DNA of 64,000 bases from Octopus bimaculoides (Eukaryota). Below the pieces are notes generated by a model. It saw only the letters and a program-made list of their open reading frames with translations. It made no database searches and was not told the origin of the DNA. The position numbers were made by a program, and so were the translations under genes. How positions within the stretch are numbered: position 1 is the first letter of the stretch; each line of letters starts with the position of its first letter. The stretch lies in assembly GCF_001194135.2 (NCBI RefSeq), contig NC_068981.1, positions 113,300,222 to 113,364,221 on the forward strand, written 5' to 3'. This document shows, one piece after another, positions 11,240 to 23,140 of this stretch.

Positions 11240-14039
11240 CTCTCTCTCCCCACCATTGCCCATCTCCCGTTTCCCCTCACAACCTCTCCTCCCTGCCCCT
11301 TCAATGCATCATTCTCTGAGCCTTTCAGTGACTCCAGTCTGACCCCTCCACTTCACACATCTTCTCCAACCTACTCCTTCCATCCTTCAAACAAGCCTAC
11401 AATCTGCATGACCGCCTGGTCCACAGTTTCTTCCCTAACCCCACCTCCCAACCTGGCTCATTCTACTGCTCTTGCCCATGCTACTGCACTTGCCCCTACC
11501 TCTCCAACACCACCATTCTTACAGGCACCCATTATCATCCTTATCATATCACTGACTCCTTTACTTGCACCTCCAGCAATGTCATTTTCTCACACCTACT
11601 TCCCCTCTTCACTTCTCCTTTTCTTCTTTCTTTTCTTCCTTTCACAACTTTTGAATCTTTTGAACTTTTATACACCATACGTCATTACTTTGTCTTTCAC
11701 TCTCCTTTTTTTCTTTTTTCTCCTTCTTCCAATTACAAATCTTTCCTCCTTCACCTTCACCACTGCCTAAAAAAAACTTTTTCACACTTCTTTTCCGCTA
11801 CTTTCAACCTTCTATTAATTTTTCCCAACTGATTTTCAAAAAAACATGCTTCTGAAGTCACATTTCCTTTCTCAGTCACTGCCCTCACCACCACCTCATC
11901 CCCAAAGGTTTCTGCCCCCATTTCCACCCCACATTCCACTCTGCTTCTGCCATCCAACCCATACTCCATACTACTTCCTACCACCTTATGCATGCCACCA
12001 TTCGTTTTAATCTCTCTGACACACTTTTGACCACCTTCTCCTTCTTGCTTATTCCATCTTTTTCTCCTCTCATTCACCTTCCTTTGCACATTCCACTCTA
12101 TGCTTCATAATCCATTTAAATCATATTTTTCCATGAGTTCCTCACTGGTACTAAACAACATAAACTCTTCTCACTCCTTCATTCTGTCACACCCGATGCC
12201 ACTACACCCATCCCACCCCTACCTCCTCCCTGATACACTTCCCCCTCACTATCACCCCAAACCTTCCACTACTTCAACACCCCGCTTACTCCTCCCAGCC
12301 TTCCAGTACCCCACCACCACTCCACATCTAACTCATCCACCCCTCCCCACTTCAGTCTGTGGCTACCATTCTTCCTGATCTTGCCCTCTCTGAGGTGCAG
12401 CGCTCTCCTCTCAGTAAGGGTCTGTACTTCACCCCACTCACTCCATCCAGACCCATGCTGATATTCATAGCTTTGTGCATCACGTCAGGCTATATGCACT
12501 ATTCCACAACACTCCACCTGCATCTAATGAAAAGGACTGCTTCACCAACCTGGGTCACTGATCATCCCACTGGATGCCAGTTCCAAGCAGTCAATCATTT
12601 TGCAAGCATCTGCCAACATGTTGTGGACCAGTTTAACTTTTAGAGGTGTCCCCAACATTTTAACATCTCCCTGGCCGAACTCTTGGCCCTTTGATGTCGC
12701 CAACGCTGCAAAGACATCATCTGCCAACTTCATGACACCACCTCCAATTGCCTTCTACACTCCAACCCCATGCCTAACTACCAACAGGCTGTGTTCTCCA
12801 CTATCTATGACCTCATCTCCTCCTCCCATCTCTCTCACACCACTTCCATCCTCATTGACTGCACCCCCCCACCATTTACTTCTTTCCCCAAATCCACAAC
12901 CCGAACAATCCTGGCTGCCCCATCATCTCAAAATACCTCAATCATGTCCCTGCCACATCCATGACACTAACCATGCTCTCCATCTCTTCTACTCTTTCTC
13001 CTTCCCTCCTGGTCCCTCTAAACTTCGCTTCACTCTTGATATCAAGAGTCTATATATGGTGATCCCACACAACAAAGGACTTCTTGCACACAAACACTTC
13101 CTAGACCTTTGACCCAACCCCCAACCCCCAACTTGACAACTCCACACTTCTTCATCTGGCTGAACTTGTTCTCTCCCTCAACTGCTTCTCGTTCATGAAA
13201 GATTTTTACCAACAAACTCAGAAGTGGCCATGGGAACAAGAATAGGCCCCAAATATGCAAGCCTGTTCGTTGGCTATGCTGAGGCCCAAATATTCTCACT
13301 ATACACTGGTCCCACTCTTGAACTATATGTTCGTTATATTGATCACTGTATCGGTGCAACCTCACTCCCCCACGAACAGCTAGACTCCTTCCTCTCTTTT
13401 GTCCAATCCTTCCATTTTGCCTTCGAATTCTCCTACACTGTTTCCATCTCATTTCTCAACATTTCGGTCAACATACACCACTCCTCTCTCACTACCTCCA
13501 TCCGCTACAAACACACTGACTCACACTCTTACCTTAACTCCTCCTCCTCCCACTCTACCCACACCAAACTCTCCATCCCCTACTCCCAATTCCTCCATCT
13601 GTGCAGGCTTTGCAGTGACAACCATGACTTTGAGACTCAGTCTCAACTAATGGCTCACCACTGCACCCTTCGTGAGAACCATGCCTCTGCTCTCTCTCTC
13701 CCCACACCCACCCCACCATTGCCCGTCTCCCGTTTCCCCTCACCTACCACCTCTCCACCCTGCCCCTTCAATGCACCATTCTCTGAGCCTTCCAGTGACT
13801 CCAGTGTGACCCCTACACCTTGCACATCTTCTCCAACCTACCCCTTCCATCCTTCAAGCAAGCCTACAACCTGCATGACCTGTTCCACAGTTTCTTCCTT
13901 AAACCCACCTCCCAACCTGGCTCGTTCCCCTGCTCCTGCTCATGCTGCTGCACTGGCCCCTACCCTTCTCGCAGGCACCCATCATCATCCCTATCATATC
14001 TCCAGCTCCTTTACCTGCACTTCTAGCAATGTAATTTAC

Positions 14040-14043
<4 letters not shown>
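11240..14043 (+). mobile_element. Penelope-like element: decayed RT, thumb/linker and start of GIY-YIG, with ~340-bp direct repeat at both ends
   Basis: LSKGLYFTP; AMGTRIGPKYASLFVG...YVRYIDHC; HTDSHSYL...SIPYSQF; FTCTSSNVIYC. 11240-11590 repeats ~13690-14040. Confidence 0.88.
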
Positions 14044-14084
<41 letters not shown>

Positions 14085-14086
<2 letters not shown>

Positions 14087-14332
14087 TCATCATCATCATC
14101 CTTGTTCAATATCAGTTTTCTATGCTGGCATGGGTTCGATGGTTTGACTGGAGACTGGGAAGCCAGGAGGTCGCCACAGGCTCCAATCTGATCTGACAGT
14201 GTTTCTACAGGTGGATGCCCTTCCTAACACCAACCACTCTGAGCGTGTAGTGGGTGCTTTTTACATGCCACCAGCATGGGAGCCAGTCAAGCGGCACTGA
14301 CATTGGCCATGTTCGGATGGTGCTGTTTACGT
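14085..14332 (-). mobile_element. RTE LINE 3' UTR fragment
   Basis: (CAT)n on the plus strand followed by the reverse complement of the shared tail. Confidence 0.75.
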
Positions 14333-14348
14333 CCCATGCTCACAGTAA

Positions 14349-15526
14349 TATTGGGTTGGTAAAAAGTTTGTAGCATTTTGCAACTGGTGATGTTTAATCA
14401 TGTGATTTGTTTTATCATGTGACAGAAACATATGATATATATATTTTCTGTTAAAGATCTCAACGCATTTTTCTATTTGAGTTTTGTGTTAATTATTTAC
14501 TTCTACTGTTCTTACGATAGAACTGAAAATGAAAGAAAATGAAATAATTTTCATCATTTAATGCTCTTTTATTTCTGGAAAGGCGAAAATGTTGCACAAA
14601 GAGCAAAGAAGTTCTATGTTGTTTATGAGATGATGTCATAGCTAAGTACTGTTTGTAAGTGGTTCACTAGTTTAGAACCAAAAATTTTGATCTGGAAGAT
14701 CATTAACATTCCAGCAGGCCTACAATCATTGATAATGAACAAATTGAGACTTCAATAAAAAATAATCCAAGTCACAGAATGCAAGATATCGAGGAGACTC
14801 ACCATGTATCTCAAGTGAGTGTTATAAAGCATTTAAAAACACTTGGTTATGTGAATTGCTATGATGTTTGGGAGCCTCATAACAGAAAAAAACTTAATAG
14901 AGCACATTTCCATCTGCAATTCTTTGCTCAGATGAAACAAAATTGATCTATTTTTGAAAAGAATGATCACGTGTGACGAGAAATGGATTCTTTACATGCA
15001 ACAACACAAAATGAAAAAGGTCCTGGGGAAAACAAGATGAACCACCTTCAACCTTTTCAAAAGCTGGATTGTATCCAAAAAAGATGATGCTCTGTGTCTG
15101 GTAGGATTGGAAGGGCATTGTGTATCATAAGCTACTTCCACAAAATTGGATGTTAAATTCAGATTATTATTGTTCCCAATTAGACTTATTAAAGGAGGTA
15201 ATTGACAATACTAGACCAGGCAGAAGTTGATGCAGATTGGGTGGGAAGTCCTATCCCCCTTACCATACTCACCTGGTCTTGCACCTTCAGATTATCATTT
15301 ATTTCAATCCTTGCAAAATTCTCTTAATGGGAAGAGCTTTGATTCTATAAAAGCGTGTAAAAACTACTTAGACCAGTTCATGACCCAGAAAGATGCCAAG
15401 TTCTGGGAAGTTGTCTCAAAGATGGTGTAAGGTTGTGAAAAAAAAATGAGAAATATGTGGTTCAGTATAACTATCTAAATATTGTTAATGAATTTTATGT
15501 AAAAAATGGTATGAGCTTTTTTACCA

Positions 15527-15533
<7 letters not shown>
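14349..15533 (+). mobile_element. Mariner transposon, decayed
   Basis: TIRs tattgggttggtaaaaag / ttttttaccaacccta; ITCDEKWILY and YSPGLAPSDYHLF motifs. Confidence 0.9.
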
Positions 15534-15563
<30 letters not shown>

Positions 15564-15827
15564 TCTCCTGATAACCCTTGACTGGTAGCACTCGCATGTG
15601 CAAGTTGTTTGCAAAACATCTTGCATGTTTAAAAATCATATATACTAACATACACACAACAAGAATACATACATATACACACACACACACTCACAAAGCC
15701 ACACACCAAATGTTCATTAATGGATTCTTATAAACAGCTGTAAATACACACACACACACACACACACACACACTGAAAGTATTGTTTCTAGAATAAGAAT
15801 AAGATGAAGGAAGTTCAGAGAGCTATT

Positions 15828-16455
15828 ACCTCTGTTGGCAACAAAAGGACTTTCTCAGGATGAAAGGTAGACTGTATGATGCTTGTGTGTGAACAGCTAT
15901 ACTCCATGGTAATGAGATATAGGCTCTAAATGCGGAAAACATATATGCTGACTGGAGGGAAATGCAGGCAGTATGTTCCACTGGATGTGCAGCATCAGTG
16001 TGCATGTACAACAAAGTGCAAACATATAGAGAGAAAAGTTGAGCATAAGAGGAATCACATGCAGTATTGGTTTGGACATGTGATGCATATGAATGAAGAC
16101 AGCTGTATAAAGAAGTGTCAATCACTGAAAATGGAGGGTACCCACAGAAGAGGGAGACCTGGGAAGATATGGTATGATGCGGTAAGGACTGATCTTAGGA
16201 TGTTGGGCCTAACAAAGGAAATGACACTGTAAAGTGGTTGGTGCTTGGAAGGGCATCCAACTGTAAAAACCATGCCTGTGCTTGTCCCACATAAAAAGCA
16301 CTCAATTCATTCTGCAGAAGGGCATCCAGCCTTAAAAACCCTGCCAAAAAAGACACTGAAGTCTGGTGCAGGCTCCTACCTAGCTAGCTCCTGTCAAACC
16401 ATCCAACCCCATGCCAGTATAGAAGGAAGACATTAAATTATGATGATGATGATGA
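15828..16455 (+). mobile_element. RTE LINE 3' end (post-RT C-terminus plus shortened UTR)
   Basis: Decayed LYDACV / WFGHVMHM / RRGRPGKIW motifs and (GAT)n tail. Confidence 0.85.
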
Positions 16456-16886
16456 TATATATACACATATATATATATATATACACACACACATATATAT
16501 ATATATACACACATATATATATATATACACACATATATATATACACACATATATATANNNNNNNNNNNNNNNNNNNNNNNNNNNNNNNNNNNNNNNNNNN
16601 NNNNNNNNNNNNNNNNNNNNNNNNNNNNNNNNNNNNNNNNNNNNNNNNNNNNNNNNNNNNNNNNNNNNNNNNNNNNNNNNNNNNNNNNNNNNNTATATAT
16701 ATAGTTTATGTATGTATTAATATTATCTCAGTTTAAAAAAAGCTTTGACAGTGTAAATATGTTAATAGTTACCATAGGTAGCAAAAATTACACAAAAAAC
16801 CATGATATCACAGCCGTTTTATAGGTAGAGATACCAAGTTGAAGTGATGCATTTTGAGAAGATATGAATAATAACAGTAAATGGAG

Positions 16887-18128
16887 CAAAATATATGAGT
16901 GCTCTCCTCCAAAGAAGTAAGAGCTGCTGGAATTCCACATATATTCATCTTCAGGGAATCAACATATAAAAGCAAGACAAATGCGAAATGATGAGGTAAC
17001 TTACGAGCTAAGATGTTACATGGCCAAGTGACCGTTAGAAGTAAGAACGCTTGTTTACATAGAGATATAAAGGTAGCAATAATATTATTCTATGGGCCAG
17101 TAAGTGACCGTTAGAAATAAGAATGCTTGTTTACATAGAGTTATAAAAGGAGGGGGCTGTGAACGTAATGCTAAAGGTTTAAATTAAATGATTAAAATGG
17201 GGGAGGAAGGCAAAATAGACCACAGTAAAGAAAACTAAAAATCGTGAGCTAATTGCTAAGTCAAAAATGGAGGAAGGGAGAGAACTAAGGGAGTTCATCA
17301 AATAAAACATTTTCTACTTAAGGAAAAAACTAATTACATACTTTATATGAAGTGAAGAAAGTAAATATAAAAATAAATAAAGCATCATAGCCTAGTAATA
17401 TATTATATTATTATGCGGATATTAATGCTAGTTAATGGTAAAACAAGGTACAGGATATTTATTGGAGAAATAATAATGATAATAATGTACACGTTTACAA
17501 GAAGATCGGAAATACTTAGTTGAAGTTACCGAAGGTACGAACAACAACCTGTGTGACATTACTAAGAAGAATTTACTTAGCTAACTGTAGAAGGGGAAAA
17601 TAAAGAACTAGTGATGATTGAGGCAAATATATATANNNNNNNNNNNNNNNNNNNNNNNNNNNNNNNNNNNNNNNNNNNNNNNNNNNNNNNNNNNNNNNNN
17701 NNNNNNNNNNNNNNNNNNNNNNNNNNNNNNNNNNNNNNNNNNNNNNNNNNNNNNNNNNNNNNNNNNNNNNNNNNNNNNNNNNNNNNNNNNNNNNNNNNNN
17801 NNNNNNNNNNNNNNNNNNNNNNNNNNNNNNNNNNNNNNNNNNNNNNNNNNNNNNNNNNNNNNNNNNNNNNNNNNNNNNNNNNNNNNNNNNNNNNNNNNNN
17901 NNNNNNNNNNNNNNNNNNNNNNNNNNNNNNNNNNNNNNNNNNNNNNNNNNNNNNNNNNNNNNNNNNNNNNNNNNNNNNNNNNNNNNNNNNNNNNNNNNNN
18001 NNNNNNNNNNNNNNNNNNNNNNNNNNNNNNNNNNNNNNNNNNNNNNNNNNNNNNNNNNNNNNNNNNNNNNNNNNNNNNNNNNNNNNNNNNNNNNNNNNNN
18101 NNNNNNNNNNNNNNNNNNNNNNNNNNNN

Positions 18129-18167
<39 letters not shown>

Positions 18168-18797
18168 CATATATATTGTTTAAGATTATATTAAAAATAT
18201 TAAGATTAATAACATACTGATTTGAAGCGAAGAATGTAAACATGATAAATGAAATATCATTACCCTGTGATATATTAATATACTGATGTTAACGCAAATC
18301 AATGGAAGAACGAGGTACAGGATATTTTGTTGAGAAATAATAATAACAACGATATACATGCTTATAAGGAGAAGGTCAGATATAAAGGCAAAGCAACTAG
18401 TGGTACAAAGCAACTCAAGTAGCATTACTGGGAAGGAAATTACTTAATCAACTATAGAAGGGGAAAATAAAAGACAAGTGATGGTGGATGTAGAAGTAGA
18501 TATTATTCAGAGGACATTTAGTGAAAAAAAAAAAAATAATAATAATAATGCTTAAAACCTAACCTAGTTAGAATGATGGAGTTAACGATAAAAGAAGGTA
18601 TGTCTCTTGTAGTGCTGACAATGATACGCCCTCTGAGTTATTTGGTTAACTAGGTGATTCTTGGAGAACAGGATATAGAAATGTTCCAAGTTACAAAGAG
18701 GACAAAAATCCTTACCTTTGTCGTAGGGAACTGAAGTAGCCAGTATAGACCATTCCAAAGAGAATTGCTTATTGCAATCTTTCAGTTTCCAAATCAA
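16887..18797 (-). mobile_element. Penelope-like remnant: GIY-YIG C-terminal end, 3' region and a sense partial hammerhead
   Basis: IWKLKDCNKQFSLEWSIL...CPLCNLE...CQH (18582-18797) resembles PLE endonuclease C-termini; minus-strand gattcc CTGAAGA plus stem II at 16887-16960; diverged direct repeats at ~17400-17630 and ~18250-18500. Confidence 0.65.
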
Positions 18798-18803
18798 TAT
18801 GTT

Positions 18804-18894
18804 GATTCACTGAAGATGAATATATGTGGAATTCCAACAGCTCTTACTTCTTTGGAGGAGAGCACTCATATATTTTGAAACATGTGTAGGAATT
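18804..18894 (+). ncRNA. Type-I hammerhead motif in an inverted pseudo-LTR
   Basis: CTGAAGA 18810-16; gaatatatg/catatattt stem II; GAAA 18877-80; CATGTG (CACGTG after CpG decay); GTA triplet; ggaatt stem I partner. Confidence 0.62.
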
Positions 18895-20365
18895 AAAGGA
18901 ACTTTTATTTATATGCGTTTTGCTCCATTTATTGTTATTTATATATATATANNNNNNNNNNNNNNNNNNNNNNNNNNNNNNNNNNNNNNNNNNNNNNNNN
19001 NNNNNNNNNNNNNNNNNNNNNNNNNNNNNNNNNNNNNNNNNNNNNNNNNNNNNNNNNNNNNNNNNNNNNNNNNNNNNNNNNNNNNNNNNNNNNNNNNNNN
19101 NNNNNNNNNNNNNNNNNNNNNNNNNNNNNNNNNNNNNNNNNNNNNNNNNNNNNNNNNNNNNNNNNNNNNNNNNNNNNNNNNNNNNNNNNNNNNNNNNNNN
19201 CTTAAACTTGACTGTCAAATATAGCTTTATATAGAACTGTATACACACATATATATGTGGTTTTTGAAAAAGCTCCTAGAGATAAAATAATTTAATTCCT
19301 ATTAGAATAGACATTTGAGTAAAAAATTGTGAACAATTTCTATAATATGGCAAGGGGTTACCTCCCCTTAATGGACTTAGTTTAGAAAGGAACAGAAATA
19401 GAAATGAGCCATTTAACAATAAATTTAAATATGGAAGAAATCTAGAAATACAGTATTGATCTCCAAATTTTGATTTTTTGTTTGATTTGTTGTTTGTTTG
19501 TTCTAAAAGATTATTCCCTGAAGAAGTGTATGGCAACTTATATGTTTGACTTAAACTTGACTGTCAAATATAGCTTTATATAGAACTGTATACACACATA
19601 TATATATGTATGTATATATATGTATATTCACATGTATGTAAGCATATACCCATATGAAAGTAAACAGATCAACATACAGACGGATAGGAACATAGGTTAT
19701 ATGAACAGACAAGCACACATACACAAATGAAGACTGAAACACATGACCATATACACACACACTTTACTTCACACAAGGAGACAGAGGTACACACACACAT
19801 ATACAAACACACACACACAAACATACATAAAAACACAAACACAGACATGCAAAAACATGAATATGCAGAATACATACATACAAATGTCCACACATGCATA
19901 TATAAATACATGCATACACACACATGCATGCATACATACATACATGCATGTATATGCACACACACACACACACACTAACCCACACATATGCACACAAACA
20001 AATAAAAAGGAATGTAGTGTGAGTAACGGACAGAGTCAAAACTATTGAAAAGGTTGCAAGATGCAATGAAGATTTTAGAAAAATAAAGGAAATAAGTGGA
20101 AATTTTACCAGTGGGTGTGTTAAATTATAAGGTACTAAAAGAGAATGACTCACCCCAAACACAACAGTATATATTTCAACACACGAACTTGCATAAAGAA
20201 TCTTGCAAACCAAATCCAAAAACGAAATATATATATATACTGCATCTAGCTACTTTTATTATTTTACAATTCCACATAACCATTTTGCTGAATCAGTTAT
20301 TGATTTTTATGGTAAATTCTACATACTGACAGGTTGAATTAGTCTTACCTATAAGTGATGGAGTA

Positions 20366-20417
20366 GTACTGCTGATGAGCTTTAATTTCAAGCAAAATTG
20401 ACTTGCCAATTTAGTAC
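20366..20417 (+). ncRNA. Compact type-I hammerhead with a core G12>A change
   Basis: GTACTG-CTGATGA-GCTT(taatttc)AAGC-AAAA-TTG(acttgc)CAA-TT-TAGTAC; all three stems pair. Confidence 0.6.
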
Positions 20418-20516
20418 CTTCTCATTTCTAACAATGAAGGTGCTACAGTGCACCTTAAGTCACTATTAGTGACAATTCAATTCTTCCTTTTTGGTTTTAT
20501 ATTGCCTGTCACCACC

Positions 20517-20585
<69 letters not shown>

Positions 20586-22360
20586 GTTGTTGCCTTTGCA
20601 CAGCTTCTAATGCTGGAGATGTACTACAGTCTCAGCTGTTCACTACCAGTGAACTAGGGTAACACCTCTTATTTTTTGAGCACCTTCCAGAGTATTCGAG
20701 CGGTCCCAAGCAGTGCTGTTTTCTGCAAGTGCTCCACCCTTATTGCAGCCCCTATTTGTTCCACGTACTTCTCAAGATTTTTGCTCACTGTTTCCAGGGC
20801 TCCAACAATTATTGGTACTACTGTCATCTTTTTCATCAACCATAACTGCTTAACTTCCCAAGCTAATATGTCATATTTCTCGACTTTTCTTTCTTCCTTA
20901 TTGCATACCTTGTTGTCGGCTGGGCATGCTATGTTTGTTTTCTTTCACAATTATTCTTTCGCTTCCTATTCTCAATCTCATGGTCGCACTGAATCATAAA
21001 ATCCCATAGGATCTTTGCATTTCTATTTTCAACAATGCCTTCAGGTTTGTGGTCATACCAATTTTTTGCTTTGTCAAGTCCATACATGTTGCAAAGTGTC
21101 CAATGGACAAGCCTGGCTATATTGTTGTGGCATCTCTTATATTTCTTCTGGGTTACATATGCCATACAGTTTCACCTGTTTTGTCCACAGATTCTACACT
21201 TATCACTTTCTGATGTGCTGTCTATTCTGTATTTTATGTAGTTTGTTCTTAGTGCTTGCTCTTGGGCAGCACAGATTACAGTCTCCGTTTCCAGTTTTAA
21301 ATCACTTTTAGTCATCCACAGCCATCTTTTTTCTCTCTCTCTGTCTTATCTTCAACATCCCTATGAAATTGACCATGCATTCTTTTCTTTACCCACCTAT
21401 TTTCAGTTTCATTCGTTTTCAATTTCTTGTATAGTGCTTTATCTTTGTAATCTTTCATCCTACACAAGCCTGATCTTCCTACTTCTAATAATAGCGGTTC
21501 TGTGGCATTTTTTACATACCATGCTATGTTGTTTTCTTCTGCTCTAATGCTGTGTTTGCATCCAATAAGTCCTCTTCCCCATCTTTTTCTTGGTACATAC
21601 AGTCTATCTGTGTCACCTTTTGGGTGGAGTGACCCATATCTAGTTAGCAACTTCCTTGTCTTTCTGTCTAAGCTGTTTAGTTCGTCTACTGTCCATGCGA
21701 TTACCCTTGCTCCATATCTAAGGAGTGAGATTGCCCAGGTGTTGATAGCTTCGATCTTATTCCTTCTGTTTAATTTTGACTTAAGGATCAGTCTCAGTCT
21801 ATGTAAGTACTCCACCTTAAATTTTTTTGTCATTTCTTTCTCCATTAATTTATCCATTTCCAAAATCCCCAAGTACTTATAGCCTATCTCTTCTATCTGC
21901 TTCATAACCTCCCCCGACGATATCGTTAGTCCGTCCATACATTTTATTTTGCCTCTCTTCAAGACTAACACACCACACTTTCTCAGTCCGAACTCTATTC
22001 TGATATCAGCACTGAAAGTATACAACGTATTGACGAAGGAACTGACTTAGGATTCATCTTTACCATAAAGTTTGAGGTCATCCATGAATAACAAATGGTT
22101 AACTTTTTATTTGCAGCTCTTGAATACAACCCCAGCATTTATTTTCCTCAGAATCAGTGTTAGTGGTATCATGCACAGTACAAAGATCAGTGGGGACAGG
22201 AAGATGCCCCCTTGGAAGATGCCCCCCCCCCCTGATTTCTACAGTCCCTAAACTTCTTCCATATGCTGTCAGGTCTGTCCTCCAATTCGCCATACTTTTT
22301 CCAAGCAATCGCTCAACATTCGATGCAATCCCAAACAGGTTCATACATTCTGTAATAATA
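20586..22360 (-). mobile_element. R4/Dong-clade non-LTR retrotransposon (RT, Cys/His knuckle, restriction-like endonuclease), 5'-truncated, decayed
   Basis: EFGLRKCG, YKYLGILE, HNNIARLVHW, KILWDFMIQCDHEIENRK and C-terminal LQKTALLGTARIL; (TTA)n tracts on both sides. Confidence 0.85.
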
Positions 22361-22393
22361 ATCTAAAAAAAAAATGAAGTTTATGGAGATTAA

Positions 22394-22464
<71 letters not shown>

Positions 22465-23140
22465 CTAGCAGAGATACCTGGCATTGCTCAGGATTAAAAT
22501 GACATAGTGTGTATGTATATTACAGTTATGTTGAAACGTGTTACAAGAAAGTGCAGCATTTATGACAAAACATTTGTGGAGTAAATGATGGCCTAATTTA
22601 ACTAAGCAACATGTCATGTGTCCATTCGGAGGATTCCAGGCCCTAACCTGTCATGGAAAATTGGGGATGGGGATATATGATTTTTGAATGCACGGAAAAG
22701 CTGGCAGTAGATATATTTTCCTTTGTGGTGGTCGGTGCTGTGTCTAATATGACCCATCATATGGTTGACGGTCAAATGAATGTAGTTGTAATAAAGATAT
22801 TGTACATAAACATTTACATTCTGGAAAGGAGCTGCAGTGGGAGATGGCAACACGGAAGTGAATTGTTGAAATGTTGCAGAAGGTGAAGGGTTGACAGTGG
22901 ATTGCTGGTGTGGCTGTAGAATAAGAAACATAAACTGAGCCTATGCAGTCACATGAGAATATGTAGTAATGAATTACTTAAAAAAGTAAGGCGTAATAGC
23001 TTACCACGTGGTTGGTGGGAGTAATTGGAGAATATGTTTTGATACTGAAGTCCATGCAGGAAACTGCTTTGTTGACACAGTCTTCGGGTTTGTTGGTATT
23101 ATGCCAAAATGGTATCCATCTTCACCATTCACAAAGGCAA
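22465..23140 (-). mobile_element. Internally deleted Helitron: 3' CTAG terminus plus possible Rep fragment
   Basis: Minus strand cctgagcaatgccaggtatctctgCTAG|T, same terminus type as 32382; GEDGYHFGI...KTVSTKQF at ~23050-23140. Confidence 0.6.

Noticed and set aside
11177-11770. 197-aa Pro/Ser/Thr-rich ORF, and similar frames at 12600 and the 3' part of 13224
   Set aside because: Off-frame readings of the C-rich PLE strand.
17573-18243. Long ORFs across N runs (also 4806, 18826, 28287, 59826, 62018, 63169)
   Set aside because: Artefacts of stop-free gaps.
19669-20048. YIYI/HTHT/CVCV-type ORFs here and throughout the window
   Set aside because: Translations of (TA)n and (CA)n microsatellites.
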